This document shows, piece by piece, positions 10,393 through 23,877 of a stretch of DNA of 64,000 bases. The stretch is from Amphiscolops sp. MND2022. Lineage: Eukaryota. The position numbers and the translations under genes were made by a program. The notes below the pieces were generated by a model, which was not told the DNA's origin, did not search any database, and was given only the letters and a program-made list of their open reading frames with translations. The stretch is taken from the NCBI GenBank assembly GCA_964187785.1, contig OZ076409.1, forward strand, positions 71,364,001-71,428,000. Direction: 5' to 3'. The first letter of the stretch is position 1, and each line of letters starts with the position of its first letter.

Positions 10393-11662
10393 GTGGCTGG
10401 GAATTTTTTTTCTGCTCAATTCTTTGCCACTTGGGGGAGGGGCCCCTGGTGGCTGTTACCCAAATTACATACCTACCCAAAGCGTCCGCTCTGAGTACGA
10501 TCTCGAAAACCACCCTTTAGATTTTCCTGAAACTTTGCATACAGGCCTAGAATCAAATCCTAAGAACTATTTCCTACTGGCGTTTTTCTGAATTTTTTCA
10601 AAAAGTTGGTCAAAAATGCAACAAAAGTTGCCAATGGACATAAAAAACGCAACTTTTCGACTTTGAGGGCCTATAACTTTTTCCAGGGTGCCCGGAGCGG
10701 TTCGCACGTGGACCACAACATTGCTCAGCATTGTCGGAGCAGTGCTTGGACAAATTTTGGTTCGAATCGGATGAAAATTGACTGAGAAATTAACGCAAAA
10801 TTCGGTGCATTTGTTGCAAATACCAGTCTATCTCTGCCATTTTCGCCCAAAATTTTTCCCAGAGCCTTTATAGGAGGCAACCCCTGCCCGAATTTCTGCC
10901 GAGCAAACCCATTTGGCCCTAAATACGGAGTTTCAGCATTCTAGGATTCCCGGGCGAAAAGTTGTGGGACTTAGAAAATTTTCAAAAAAACGCAAAAATT
11001 GTAAAAAGTAACTTCTGGCCTCCCAAAGTCAAGAAACTTTCACACAACTAGTATTGCAAGTGAATGCATGTGGAAAGCACTCGGATAGACGAGAAAAATG
11101 AGCTATAGAACGACTCTGTAGCTTAATTTGACGTTGACTTATGACATTTTGAGTGTGAGCATCCTATATGATTTCAATGTCAAAAATGAGATTTTGTAAG
11201 TCATGTCTCATCAAAAACTCATCGGAATACGTTCAATCATCCCCATAGCTGTTCAATCGCCGTGGCTCAGTACCGCAACGCCATTTAATGTCTTTGGACC
11301 CATTTTGAAAATTTTCGTTACCGTCTTATTCGTCCGATATCACGAAACAGTTGAGTACATTCCATCTCCCACTTGGGGGGAGATGAGAATGTACTCGCCA
11401 AAGACCTGATACAATGGCCCATATTGGTTTTTATTTGACCTTTCCCACGATATTGCACACGGATAGCTGTGTTGGGTAAAAGTTTTCCTCTGCACCATGT
11501 CTCCAGAAGCTAAACCACTTCTTTAGCTTACCACTTCTACTCAAACATCACTAACGTCAACGCCACATACTCGCATCAACGCCCACCGTCTGTGGGCATG
11601 CCGAGGCATGCCCTTCGACGACGTATGCTAAATAGCGCCACCTGGCGCCAAATTTTAACTAG
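10393..11662 (+). mobile_element. Cassette 4, family A (1270 bp)
   Basis: Close paralogue of cassette 3. Type-1 hairpin at 11353-11396. Confidence 0.85.
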
Positions 11663-13051
11663 GTGGTTGGGGCGGACCCCAGAACGCACAAGGAGGCGCG
11701 GGGAGGGTCCTGCGCCGACGTAGAATAATTTCATATAATACTAGTATCCTACATGGGTGTTTTAGAGGCGATTTTGGAATCTAACCGTAGGATTTGGATA
11801 ATTTTTTGCATGCGGCCATAACTCAAAATTCTAAGAACTTTTTCCTACTGTCATTTTCCACGCAAATTGTTTTTTGTTGACTTATGGCCGAAAAACCGGA
11901 AATAACGTCCTTTTTAGACGTTATATCCGAAGTGTCGTCATAACTTTTTTCCAGGGCATGCTAGCGTTCTCGTTCACTTTTACACTTAGTTGCAGCATCT
12001 CAAAATACAACTGGTGGAAAATTTTGGTTGCATTCGGATCACCCCCCACCGAGATAGAAGGGTTCCCCCCTCCAGTTTTACCCCCCAAATTTGCAAAATA
12101 GCCAATTTTGAGCATGAAGCCGAGGATTTAGCGTACCCATACCCTCCTGATGTTTTGTTGTACGTATTGGGGTCAATCTGACGACATGTGTGGTTTTCAC
12201 CCCCAACCCCCCCTTGGACCGGAAATGACACTTTTTTGTGTTTTTTGGCAGAATTTAGCCTTTTTCATTATTAGGCAGTCGTTTTAGGGACTCCTAGCAG
12301 GATATCGAAATTGAAATACAACCTGATCACAACCCAGTGACAACATAGTGGCCACTTGGAGGTATCATCATGACCGGAAGTGGGGTCAACCCCCCTTTTT
12401 GTGACCGCTTTTTGACCTTGTGCACCAAAATGCCAACATCTTGAGGCCTAATGAGGCATTCAAATCTGTACCAAGATAAAATGTTAGACAACCGAAGTCC
12501 CGGAAGATCTTTAGCATATACCGGAAGTTACCCCCCATGACCGGAAGTTACCCAATGTGACCGGAAATGGTCCAAAAATTAATGTAAAGTTGAATTTTTC
12601 ACTATTTCAAGACCACTTAATTGAAACTTTTCAATCTATAAACTAGCGTACTGGCTTGTTTTGCTGAATTTATGGAAATTGATGAGCTCTATCGCTCCCG
12701 ATAGCCTTCTAAGTTGACCTTGCGTCAACTTTGTAGGCTATCGATAAAGAAAAATGAACAACAAAGTACATTGTTGCTCTCGTTTTTTTCCCGTTGTTTT
12801 TCCTCAAACATTCTTGAGACATATACATGGCCGTTAGTTGAAATCAATATTTAGCCCATGTTATAGCTGGAGCAGCGAAGCGTTACACAGACTAGTGTGG
12901 TTTTGAAATCACACTATTTAAATTAACAACTGACCGTCTTAGTCAACTCCACACATTCATACCAACGCCCACCGTCTGTGGGCATGCCGAGGCATGCCCT
13001 TCGACGACGTATGACGAATCCACTCCAACGACACCCGCAGTCCTCAGCTAG
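11663..13051 (+). mobile_element. Cassette 5, family C (1389 bp)
   Basis: Paralogue of cassette 8. Type-2 hairpin at 12699-12743. Confidence 0.85.
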
Positions 13052-14454
13052 GTGGTCGGGTATTTTTTTTACTCGTATATGACGTTTGCGAGGCTTTGGG
13101 GAGGGCCCCGTGCCGAGCCTGTTCCGAAAATCGCCACATGTAGAAATCTGGCACTAAAATGTGAGATCTCAAAAAGTAGCCGTTAGAATTCTCTGAAATT
13201 TTGCATGTGGCTCAGAATTAATGAGTAATGAAAAAGTGTAGAAGTGAAGGTCGCTGAAAAAATGGTCCTTGTTGCACTTTTTGCGCAATTTTTGTCTGAT
13301 TGTTGCGTTTTTTATGTCATTTTCGACTTTTCAAGCAAAAAACTCATGAATGCTTTGTTCCTAGCGCATCAAGTGTGGAGCACGAAAAGTTGCAGCATCT
13401 CCAAGTGCGTATGCTGAGAAAATTTGGTTGCCGTCGGGTTACCCCCCACAGAGCTAGAGGGGTACTTCCGGTTATTTTTGACCCCCTAAATTAGGTAAAC
13501 TGCTAATTTTTGTAATGAAGCCGTAGATTTAGCGTGTCCGCACCCTGCTGAAGTTTTGTTAAACATTTTGAGAGAGACCCAATGACATGTGTTCAGTTCA
13601 CCCCCCATCACCCCCTTGACCGGAAATGAACGTTTTTGTGCACTTTCAGACCGGATGTCTCCATTTTCACCGGTAAGGAGGCCTTGTACGACCAACTAGC
13701 AGGATATCAAAATTGAAGTATAACCCAGGGTCAACTTAATGACCACGTGTTGTCCAGTCATGGGTTTTACTATGACCGGAAATGGGCTCAAAACCCCACT
13801 TTTAGTAGTTTTTTATCAATTTGAATAGTGTTTGGTCCACATTCAGGTGGCGTAAGTCACTTGCACCAGTGTGAGTATTAACTGCATGTTCCCTGCGTAG
13901 ACGTAACTGACACTGTCAGATACCGGAAGTAACCCCATGTGGCCGGAAGTGGTCAATTTTGACCGGAAATGGTCCAAAAAGTAGCGTAAAAGCAGTTTTT
14001 CACTACTTTTTAGGGACAATTTTTTTACTTTTTTTCAATCTGAATGCCTCCTTTATACTACCAAAGCTAACATCGTTGCCTGTTTTGCTAAAGATTTGGC
14101 AATTGATTACCTTTATCAACCCCGATAGCCTTCCAAGTTGACCTTGGGTCAATCTTGAAGGCTATCTATACTTAAAACAAAAAATCGAGATAAGTTGTTT
14201 TCTCCATTACGTTGATAATTTTTCCTTGATGTCAAGTTGTTAAGCAAAGACTTTTAAGCAAATTAATGATCTGAATCTTGTTCAGAGGTCTCACCCTGAA
14301 GAAGATTATTTGAGATTGAAGTAAACTGAGAATGAGGTTAGTATTTGTCAACATCAGAGAATCTTATCAACGCCCACCGTCTGTGGGCATGCCGAGGCAT
14401 GCCCTTCGACGACGTATGCCAAATAGCGCCACAGGGCGCCCACACTTTTGCTAG
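13052..14454 (+). mobile_element. Cassette 6, family D (1403 bp)
   Basis: Paralogue of cassette 7. Type-2 hairpin at 14124-14166. Confidence 0.85.
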
Positions 14455-15843
14455 GTGGTCGGGTATTTTTTTTTACTCGTAGATGGCGTTTGCGAGGCTT
14501 TGGGGAGGGCCCCGTGCCGAGCCTGTACCGAAATTTACCACATACCAGAAGTGTCCGATTTAATCGAGATCTCAAAAACTAACCGTTAGAATTCTCTGAA
14601 ATTTTGCATGTGGCCCCTAATCAATGAGTAATGAAAAAGTGTAGAAGTGACAGTTGCTGAAAAACTTGTCTTTGTTGCACTTTTTGCGCAATTTTTGTCG
14701 CATTGTTGCGTTTTTTATGTCATTTTCGACTTTTCAAGCAAAAAACTCATAGATGCTTTGTTCCTAGCGTATCAAGTGTGGAGCACGAAAAGTTGCAGCA
14801 TCTTCCATTACGTATGCTGAGAAAATTTGGTTGCCCTCGGATTACCCCCCACAGAGATAGAGGGGTGCATCCGGGTATTTTTGACCCCTAAATTTGGGAA
14901 ATTGCTAATTTTCGTAATAAAGCCGTAGATTTAGCGCGTGCACACCCTGCTGAAGATTTGTTAGGCATTTTGAGATAGATCCGATGACATGCGTTGAGTT
15001 CACCCCCATCACCCCCTTGACCGGAAATGAACGTTTTTGTGCACTTTCAGACCGGAAGTCTCCATTTTCACCGGTAAGGAGGCATTGTACGAGCAACTAG
15101 CAGGATATCAAAAGTGAAGTATAACCTGGGATCAACTCAATGACCACGTGTTGTCCAGTCTTGGGTTTCGCTATGACCGGAAATGGGCTTAAAACCCCCT
15201 TTGGTGGTATTTTTAGCAATTTTCCTTGTGCTTGGTCCACATTCAAGTTGCGTAAGTCAGTTGAACCAGTGAGAGCATAAAATATATATTCACTGCGTAG
15301 TCGTAACTGACACTGCCAGATACCGGAAGTAACCCCCTGTGACCGGAAGAGGTCAATTTTGACCGGAAATGGTCCAAAAAGTAGCGTAAATGCAGTTTTC
15401 AATGCTTTTTAAGGTCAAATTATTAGTATTTTTCAATTTGAATGCTTTTTTCCACGCAAAAAGCTAACATCGTTGCATGTTTTGCTGAAGATCGGAAAAG
15501 TGATCACCATTATCACCCCCGATAGCCTTTCAAGTTGACCTTTGGTCAATCTTGAAGGCTATCTGTTCTGAAAACGAAAAATAGTGGAATTTTGTTTCCT
15601 CCTTTCTCTTGATATTTTTCCTTCAAGTCAATTTGTCAAAAGAAAGACATTTGTTCAACTAAGTGTTCTGAAACCTGTCCAGAGGTGTCACCCGGACGAA
15701 TACCATTTCAAGCTGAAGTACACAAATCAGGGTAGTATTAGACATCACACACTCCTACCAACTCCCACCGTCTGTGGGCATGCCGAGGCATGCCTTTCGA
15801 CGACGTATGCCAAATAGCGCTACAGGGCGCCCACATTTGCTAG
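14455..15843 (+). mobile_element. Cassette 7, family D (1389 bp)
   Basis: Paralogue of cassette 6. Type-2 hairpin at 15521-15563. Confidence 0.85.
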
Positions 15844-17234
15844 GTGGTCGGGGCGGTCCCCAGAACGCACATGGAGGCGCGGGGAGGGTCCTGCGCCGAC
15901 GTAGAATAATTTCATAAAATACTATTATCCTACATGGGTGTTTTGGAAGCGATTTTGGAACCTACCCGTCAGATTTGGATAATTTTTTGCATGCAGCCAT
16001 AACTCGAAATTCTAAGAACTTTTTCTTTCTGTCATTTTCCCCGCAAATTGTTTTTTGTTGACTTATGGCCGAAAAACCGGAAATAACGTCCTTTTTAGAC
16101 GTTATATCCGAAGTGTCGTCATAACTTTTTTCCAGGGCATGCTAGCGTTCTCCTTCACTTTTACACTTTGTTTTAGCATCTCAAAATACAACTGGTGGAA
16201 AATTTTGGTTGCATTCGGATCACCCCCCACCGAGATAGAAGGGTTCCCCCCTCCAGTTTTACCCCCCAAAATTGAGAAAATACCAATTTTGAGCATGAAG
16301 CCGTGGATTTAGCGAATCCTCACCCCCCTGATGTTTTGTCGGACATGTTAGGGTCAATCTGGTGACATGTGTGGTTTTCACCCCCAACCCCCCCTGGGAC
16401 CGGAAATGACACTTTTTTGTGTTTTTTGACAAAAATGAGCCTTTTTGATTAGTAGGGAGTCGTTTTTGGGCCTCCTAGCAGGATATCGAAGTTGAAATAC
16501 AACTTGATCACAACCCAGTGACAACATGTTGGCCAGTTGCAGGTACCATCATGACCGGAAGTGGGGTCAAACCCCCCTTTTTGTGACCGCTTTTTGACCT
16601 TGTGCACCAAAATGCCAACAACTTGAGGCCTAATGACGCATTCAAATCTGTACAAAGATAGAACGTTAGACAACGGAAGTCCCGCAAGCTCTTTAGCATA
16701 TACCGGACGTCACCCCCCATGACCGGAAGTTGTCCAATATGACCGGAAATGGTCCAAAAATTCATGTAAAATTAACTTTTTCACTTATTGAAGACCACTT
16801 CGTTGAACATTTTCAATCCCAAAACTAGCGTACTAGCTGGTGCCGTTGAATTTATGGAAATTGAGGAGCTTTATCACCCCCGATAGCCTTCGAAGTTGAC
16901 CTTGCGTCAACTTTGGAGGCTATCGATTCTGAAAATGAACAACAAAGTACTTTGTTGCTCTCGTTTTTTTTTCCGTTTTTTTCCTCAAATATTGTTGAGA
17001 CATACACATGGCCGTTAGTTAAAATCAATATTTTAGCCCATGTTATAGCGTGAGTAGCGAAGCGTTACACAGGCTGGTGTGGTTTTGAACTGTAATTATT
17101 TTAAAATAAAAAAAGACCCTCTTAGTCAACTCCACACATTCATACCAACGCCCACCGTCTGTGGGCATGCCGAGGCATGCCCTTCGACGACGTATGACGA
17201 ATCCATTCCAACGACACCCGCAGTCCTCAGCTAG
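15844..17234 (+). mobile_element. Cassette 8, family C (1391 bp)
   Basis: Paralogue of cassette 5. Type-2 hairpin at 16881-16925. Confidence 0.85.
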
Positions 17235-19919
17235 GTGGTCGGGGCCCGATGCCCTTCAAAAAACCGTTGCGCGTCGACGGGAAGGGTCCTGTCCGCGCCC
17301 GTGGGAAAAGAACAATATATACGATGTCAAAAAGCCACTTTTTTCAACGATCTCGTAAACTAACCGTAGGATCCTGCTCAAATTTGGCATGTGGCTTGCA
17401 AATAGGCTGAAATGAAAAAGTGTAGGAGGTAATTTTTCTGTAGTATCATTTTGTGTTGACTTATGAGCTAAAAACTACCCGTTCGACATCTTTTTTTCAC
17501 TTTTTTCAAATTTTAGAGCTCATATCTCGTTTTCAGGTGCTCGGAGCGGTTCGCATGTGGACGTCAATATTGCTCAGCAGTGCTAGAGGAGTGCGTAGAC
17601 AAATTTTTGTCCAATTCGGATAAAAATGGACTGAGTAATAACCGATTTTTTGACGAATTTTTTCGAAAATTTTTGAAATCCCAGTCTATCTCTGCCGTTT
17701 TTTGCCCAGATTTTTTTCCAGACACTCTCCTAAAGGCCTCCCCTGGCCGGTTTACCTCCCAGAAAAACCATTTGGCCCTTTTGCCGCAGTTTCAGCGTTC
17801 CAGGATTCCCCGGGTAAAAGTAAAATGTCTTAGAATTTTTTCGAAAAATTTTCAAAAAATTTTTTTTTTCAACTTCAGGCCTCCCAAAGTCGAGGAACTT
17901 CCACACAACTAGTATTGCAAGTGAATGCATGTGGAAAGTTCTCGGATAGACGAGAAAAATGAGCTATTGTACGACCCTGTAGCTTAATCTGACGTTGACT
18001 TATGACATTTTTAGTGTGAGCTTGAATAGGGGTTGAAGTGTCAAATAAAATTAAGTGTCTTTTCAGAGCCTATTACATCCTCCCACGTTATCGTAGCGGT
18101 TCGCATGTGGACGTCAATATTGCTTAGCAGTCTTAGGGGAGTTCGTATACAAATTTTCGTCCAGATCGGATAAAAATTGACTGAGTAATAACCGATTTTT
18201 TGACGAATGTTTTCGAAAATTTTTGAAATCCCAGTCTATCTCTGCCGTTTTTTGCCCAGATTTTTTTCCAGACACTCTCCTAAAGGCCTCCCCTGGCCGG
18301 TTTACCTCCCAGAAAAACCATTTGGCCCTTTTGCCGCAGTTTCAGCGTTCCAGCACTCCCCAGTAAAAAGATAAAAGACTTAGAATATTTTCAAAAATTT
18401 TCAAATTTTTTTCTCTCAACTTCAGGCCTCCCAAAGTCAAGAAACGTCCACACAACTAGGATTGCAAGTGAATGCATGTGGAAAGTACTTGGATAGACGA
18501 GAAAAATGAGCTATAGAACGACTCTCTAGCTTAACCTGACGTTGACTTATGACATTTTTAGTGTGAGCTTGAATAGGGGTTGAAGTGTCAAATAAAATTA
18601 AGTGTCTTTTCAGAGCCTATTACTTCCTCCCACGTTATCGTAGCGACTCGCATGTGAGAATCAATATCGCTCAGCGGTTCAAGAGGAAGGCATAGACAAA
18701 GTCTCGTCCAAATCGGATCAAAATTGATTGAGTAAAAACCGATTTTTTGAGCAATTTTTTTCGGAAATTTTCGAAGTTTCAATATATCTCTGCCGTTTTT
18801 GCCCAGATTTTTTTCCAGACACTCTCCTAAAGGCCTCCCCTGGCCGGTTTACCTCCCAGAAAAACCATTTGGCTCTTTTGCCGCAGTTTCAGCGTTCCAG
18901 CATTCCCCGGTAAAAAGATAAATGACTTAGAATATTTTCAAAAATTTTCAAAATTTTTTTCTCTCAACTTCAGGCCTCCCAAAGTCAAGAAACGTCCACA
19001 CAACTAGGATTGCAAGTGAATGCATGTGGAAAGTACTTGGATAGACGAGAAAAATGAGCTATAGAACGACTCTCTAGCTTAACCTGACGTTGACTTATGA
19101 CATTTTTAGTGTGAGCTTGAACAGGGGTTGAAGTGTCAAACAAAATATTAAAATGGAAGCTAATTAAAATGGAAGCTAAGTCTAATCGGAATACGTTTAG
19201 TCAATCCCAGAGCTGTTCAATTGCCTTTGTTTAGTGCAACAAAACTATTTGAGGTCATTTGACTCATTTTTATTATGTTTTGAAACCGTTTTATCCATTC
19301 AATAGCATAAAACAGTTGAGTTCATTCCATCTCCCTTTCGGGGGAGATGAGAATGTACTCGCCAAAGACAAGGTGCAAGGGCCCCTAATTGTATTCTGCT
19401 ACTTTTTCTGTGCAACTGCCAACGGACAACATGACTTCGTGTGACTTTTTTCTTTGCAATGTGATTGGACATGTTGAACGTTCAGTCCTTACCTTTCCAC
19501 AGCATTTAATTTGATGGGTTGGGGCCCGTTGTCCTGTAAATGACATCTGCGCGTCTACAGCGAGAGTTCTGGCCTCGCTCTTAGCAGAAGACAATGTGAC
19601 GTAGTCAAATCGCCAATTTTTAACGATCGCGGCGACTGTACGAAGAATCGTACTTGAGTTTCTTTGGTTACTGTGAGATTTACGATATCAAAAAAATTAG
19701 GACATGCCATTTTTTTCAAACCAATTTTTGGTCATAAATTCTTCCAAAGAAACAGAACAACGCTAAATCTCATTTATTTACATCGAATGAACCATCCAGT
19801 AGTGTTTCAAAATCATTTTGCCAACACGAATCAGTTTCAAGGTGAGAAGCCAACATAAACTTTATAGTTTAAAGTTTTTCATATTAACACCTCGTGTACT
19901 CCACTGCTTTCACCGCTAG
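17235..19919 (+). mobile_element. Cassette 9, family E (2685 bp), A-related body triplicated, alternative 3' end
   Basis: Type-1 hairpin at 19318-19360. Ends CACCGCTAG without the GGCATGCC module. Confidence 0.8.
17546..19140. repeat. Internal ~548-bp tandem repeat, three copies
   Basis: GCGGTTCGCATGTG-like anchor at 17546, 18096 and 18643. Confidence 0.9.
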
Positions 19920-21902
19920 GTGGGCGGGGGTAATTCCCCTTCAAAAAATTCGGCCGGCGGGTTGGGTCCTGCCGGACGTCAAATAGTGTGAAACATCCAG
20001 TAGGAAACGGCGACATAAATCAGCGATTTTAAAATTTAACCGTTAGAATTCGGACTTGGAGTGCATGCGGCCCCAAAATGCCCATACGAATCGAAGTTCC
20101 TGCTGACGTTAAGCGATAAAAACACTTTATAAAAAGTTATGGCCCATTTTACGTTCACTTAGAGAAGTAAAATGAGGAAAATTTCAACAAAGTTGCTGAT
20201 AACTCAAAATACATTAATTTTTGGACTTTGACTGTGAAACAAGCTTGGAACCTTCATTTCGTGGCTGTGGCATTGCACTGAACACAAAAGCTGTAAAGTT
20301 TTCACATTTTTTGAAAATTCGACATTTTTGAAATTTTTTTCACTACTATCAGTACCCCATATGTCAAAAACACCTCAGAAAAAAATTTTTATTTGCTTTA
20401 AATTGGAAACCTTGGTATCCATGGTTTCTGTCGGAACCTACTCGCAGCCAAACACCCAACAGTTTGCATCCAATGTGAAAATAAAAATTTTTCGGGGTCA
20501 TAAGCGTTTCACAAGGATTTCTCAACTTAGTATTAATTTACAAAATGGTCATTTTGAACACAATATTTTCATCGAGGCTTGTCGGCTATAGCCTTAATGT
20601 TCTAGAACGGTCCCACTAGCAACGTAGGAACCATTTATAGTAATAGAAAGTTTTAAAAAAATATTTTCACCCGGTCTTCAGTCATTTTTCAGTCATTCGG
20701 AACTTAACTTAGAAAAATTTCGACCAAAATACCCAGTTTTTGTCAGGTCGAAAACTCAAATTCAGATTTTTAGGCAAAATTATTAACTCTGACGTAACCC
20801 ATGGGGCCCATGATACTCAAAACAACGATTGACACTGGTATCAATGGCTCCAATAACATATGAGTCGCGATAAGACGTTATTTTGAGCAATACGTCTCAA
20901 TTGAGGTAAAGATCTCGCAAGCCAGCGATCACAGTGAAATGTGATTTCATCAAAAATATACCCATTTTCGTCAATCATTATGTGCACAGAATGCGTAGGG
21001 TGCGTTTCAGCACTATAATGAGGTTTTTGAAGGCATCGAGTTGCTCAAGGGGTGGTATGAGACTATTTTGTCCCATATACTACTGTATTTTCCAAAATTT
21101 TTAGCCCAATATCTGGAAATACAAACTTGACAAAATACTTTCAACTACTTTATTCAAAGGTTACAATATAGATGAACACTGGGGTTGATCAGAAACTTTC
21201 ATCTCTTTCGTTTTCCGAAATATTTCCCTTCGCATGTGTTACATTCGTAGCAGAAAAAAAATCGAAACTGAAAAATACGCAATTTTGCTAATATAGAATC
21301 GCAATGATTGTGCCTAAAAACTCTTTAAACACTTCTAACGCGACCTTACGCACTCAAAATGATCGAAAATGCTATTCACAATGGTGACAAGTGCTCTTTC
21401 TACGATCCTGACTGGACAAGGTTTGCATATTTTTCAAGTACCTGTCATCTAAATCTTGTGATAGCCTTTTCAGTTGGCCTTGTGTCAACTTGGGAAGGCT
21501 ATCACATCAAAAAACCATCAACAAAAATAAATCTTGTTTATTGGATCTTACAGTCGATACTTTTTTTCGTGATTCTATACTACCGTTAGTATATTTCATC
21601 AGGTCACCTTACGATTGCATTCAGTCTTTGATAAAAACCTATGAACTCAAAGTCACATTTATATATTTTTTTGCCAAAAAAAAACATCAAAAATATCTAA
21701 AATATATGAAATACAGTCTTTAACATTTTTACATTTCAAGTTTCTGCCGTTATTAGGCCCATCAACTTCCTACAGCCACGCTCTCTGTCATTAGTACAAC
21801 GCCACATAGTGTTGCGACGTGCACAGTCTGTGGGCATGCCGAGGCATGCCCTTCGACGACGTATGCCGAATACCGCGGGCCTACGCCCGCGCTCCCGGCT
21901 AG
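19920..21902 (+). mobile_element. Cassette 10, family F (1983 bp)
   Basis: Colinear with cassettes 13, 14, 21, 23 and 27. Type-2 hairpin at 21458-21505. Confidence 0.87.
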
Positions 21903-23877
21903 GTGCGGGGGGGTAACCCCTACAAAGATATTGGAGGATTCGGGTAGGGTCCTGAATCCGAGTTCAGTGCTGCCAGCTATCGTTAAGGGATTTTAGAAAA
22001 TTTTGCCGATCTCGTGATCTAACCGTAGGATTTTAAAGTTGGAGCGGCCCCCACCAGATTTTCCAAAGTTATTCGCCCCCCACCGGGTTCCAGCGTGATT
22101 GAAATATTTTGACGGGGTACACGGGCGACCGTTAGGGGTCATTTTGGGGGTAAAATTTATATCCGGTCGCATAACTTTTTTCCTGTTGGTTTAAAACTTT
22201 GGGACCCTGCTAAAAGTTTCTTGACCGTGTTGCAGTGGCTCCGGATGTCCAAACCAAATTTTTCTATCTTGAAGCTATCTCCAAGTACCCCCCCGCCCAA
22301 ACCGTTATTTTTCCGGAAACGCAGGTTTTTGACCCGGAAGGAGTCGTCTGAGCGCGGGGTTGTTAGGTGATGTATTGGGGACGGCCTTGAGACGAAGCGG
22401 GGGACATGTAGTTTGCCGACCCCAGTTTACCCCCCGGACAGGAAATGACCGTTATTTGAGCGGGAAAAATGCCCCCCTCCACGTTTTACCGCTATTTCCG
22501 GTGTGAAGGAGTGGGAGTAGCGCGTCGGGTGCCATATATCAAAAGTAGGTTTAGACAAGGACCTGTCGGAAACATGTGGTTTGAGACCCCCTGGTCCAAC
22601 CCGTTAGCAGGAAATGGGGCTTCCGCCTCCTTTTATTACTGCTAAAACCGTAAAATGGGCATTGAGGGGTAAATATCTCGTGAACGCGTGGAGCTACAGT
22701 GTCCATCACTACTACAAGGTTTCATACCCATGATATGGTGCCTTCAGGGGGGCAAACAGATTTCCGCTATCTATCACCGTTACCGACTTGGCCCCCCAGC
22801 CTAACCGCTAAGTGACCGGAAATGTCATTTTTTGAGCCCAAAGGGTCGGTCCCAGCCAGAGAACGTTAGGTAACTTATTGTAGTACTCATTGAGACGAGT
22901 TGGGGGACATAGTTTCAGTCACCCCCCGTTACCCCTTGGGACCGGAAATGACCGTTATGTGGGTAAATTTGCAAGTTTTATACTTTTTCAAGTGTATTTA
23001 GGTGCGGAAGGAGTGGTAATAGGTGCTTGAACACTATATGAAGGAAGGGAGGACGTGAGGCGAGCTTTCGAAAATAACCGTTATGTTGACCCCGAAGTCC
23101 CCCTGGTACCGGAAGTGACCCGTAATGGTCAAATGTCGTGTTTTTAGGGTACAAATGTTTGGTGTTTTATGGATAACAGTGCCTATTAGGTGTTTCGACG
23201 GTCTGCAGTCGTGAACATAGTCATGAAACCTTGTGGGGGGTAACGGTATATAGCACCGGAAGTCCAAACCGTTGGAGACTGGATAAGTTTTTTGGTTTTA
23301 AAATGTCTTTCGGCCTACTTTTGTCGACTATTATGGACTATTTTTCGAAAATAAAGTTTTTCCATATAGTTTCAGAGACTCCGAAACCTCAACCAACATA
23401 ACCGTTACTTTATGATAGCCTTTCAAGTTGGCCTGGTGTCAACTTGGAAGGGCTATCCTTCAAAAATCATTAATCCAGTGTGTTTTTGAGTATGCTTGTT
23501 TTACTTTAGAATCAATTAGAGCTTCAAGAAAAGATTGCCAACGACAAAAACTATGTCGTGATGATTCCGTTATTAGAATAATAGTTACCAAAATGTTGAT
23601 AAAGTTGATTTTTTACATTTCAAATATGTCCTAAATGCCAGAAAACCTCTTTACCAAACAAATGGTATTGACTGAATTGTATATAGCAGCTAATAAAAGT
23701 TCAAATTGAATATTACGTTTCATTATGCAAGCTGAAATGTCATATTATAGTTTAATTACCGTCAACGCCACATACTTTACATCAACGCCCACCGTCCGTA
23801 GGCATGCCGAGGCATGCCTTTCGACGACGTATACCAAATTCCACCCACACAACAACCCCGAGCGCGGTAGCAGCTAG
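21903..23877 (+). mobile_element. Cassette 11, family G (1975 bp)
   Basis: Starts GTGC. Paralogue of cassette 16. Type-2 hairpin at 23414-23457. Confidence 0.85.
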
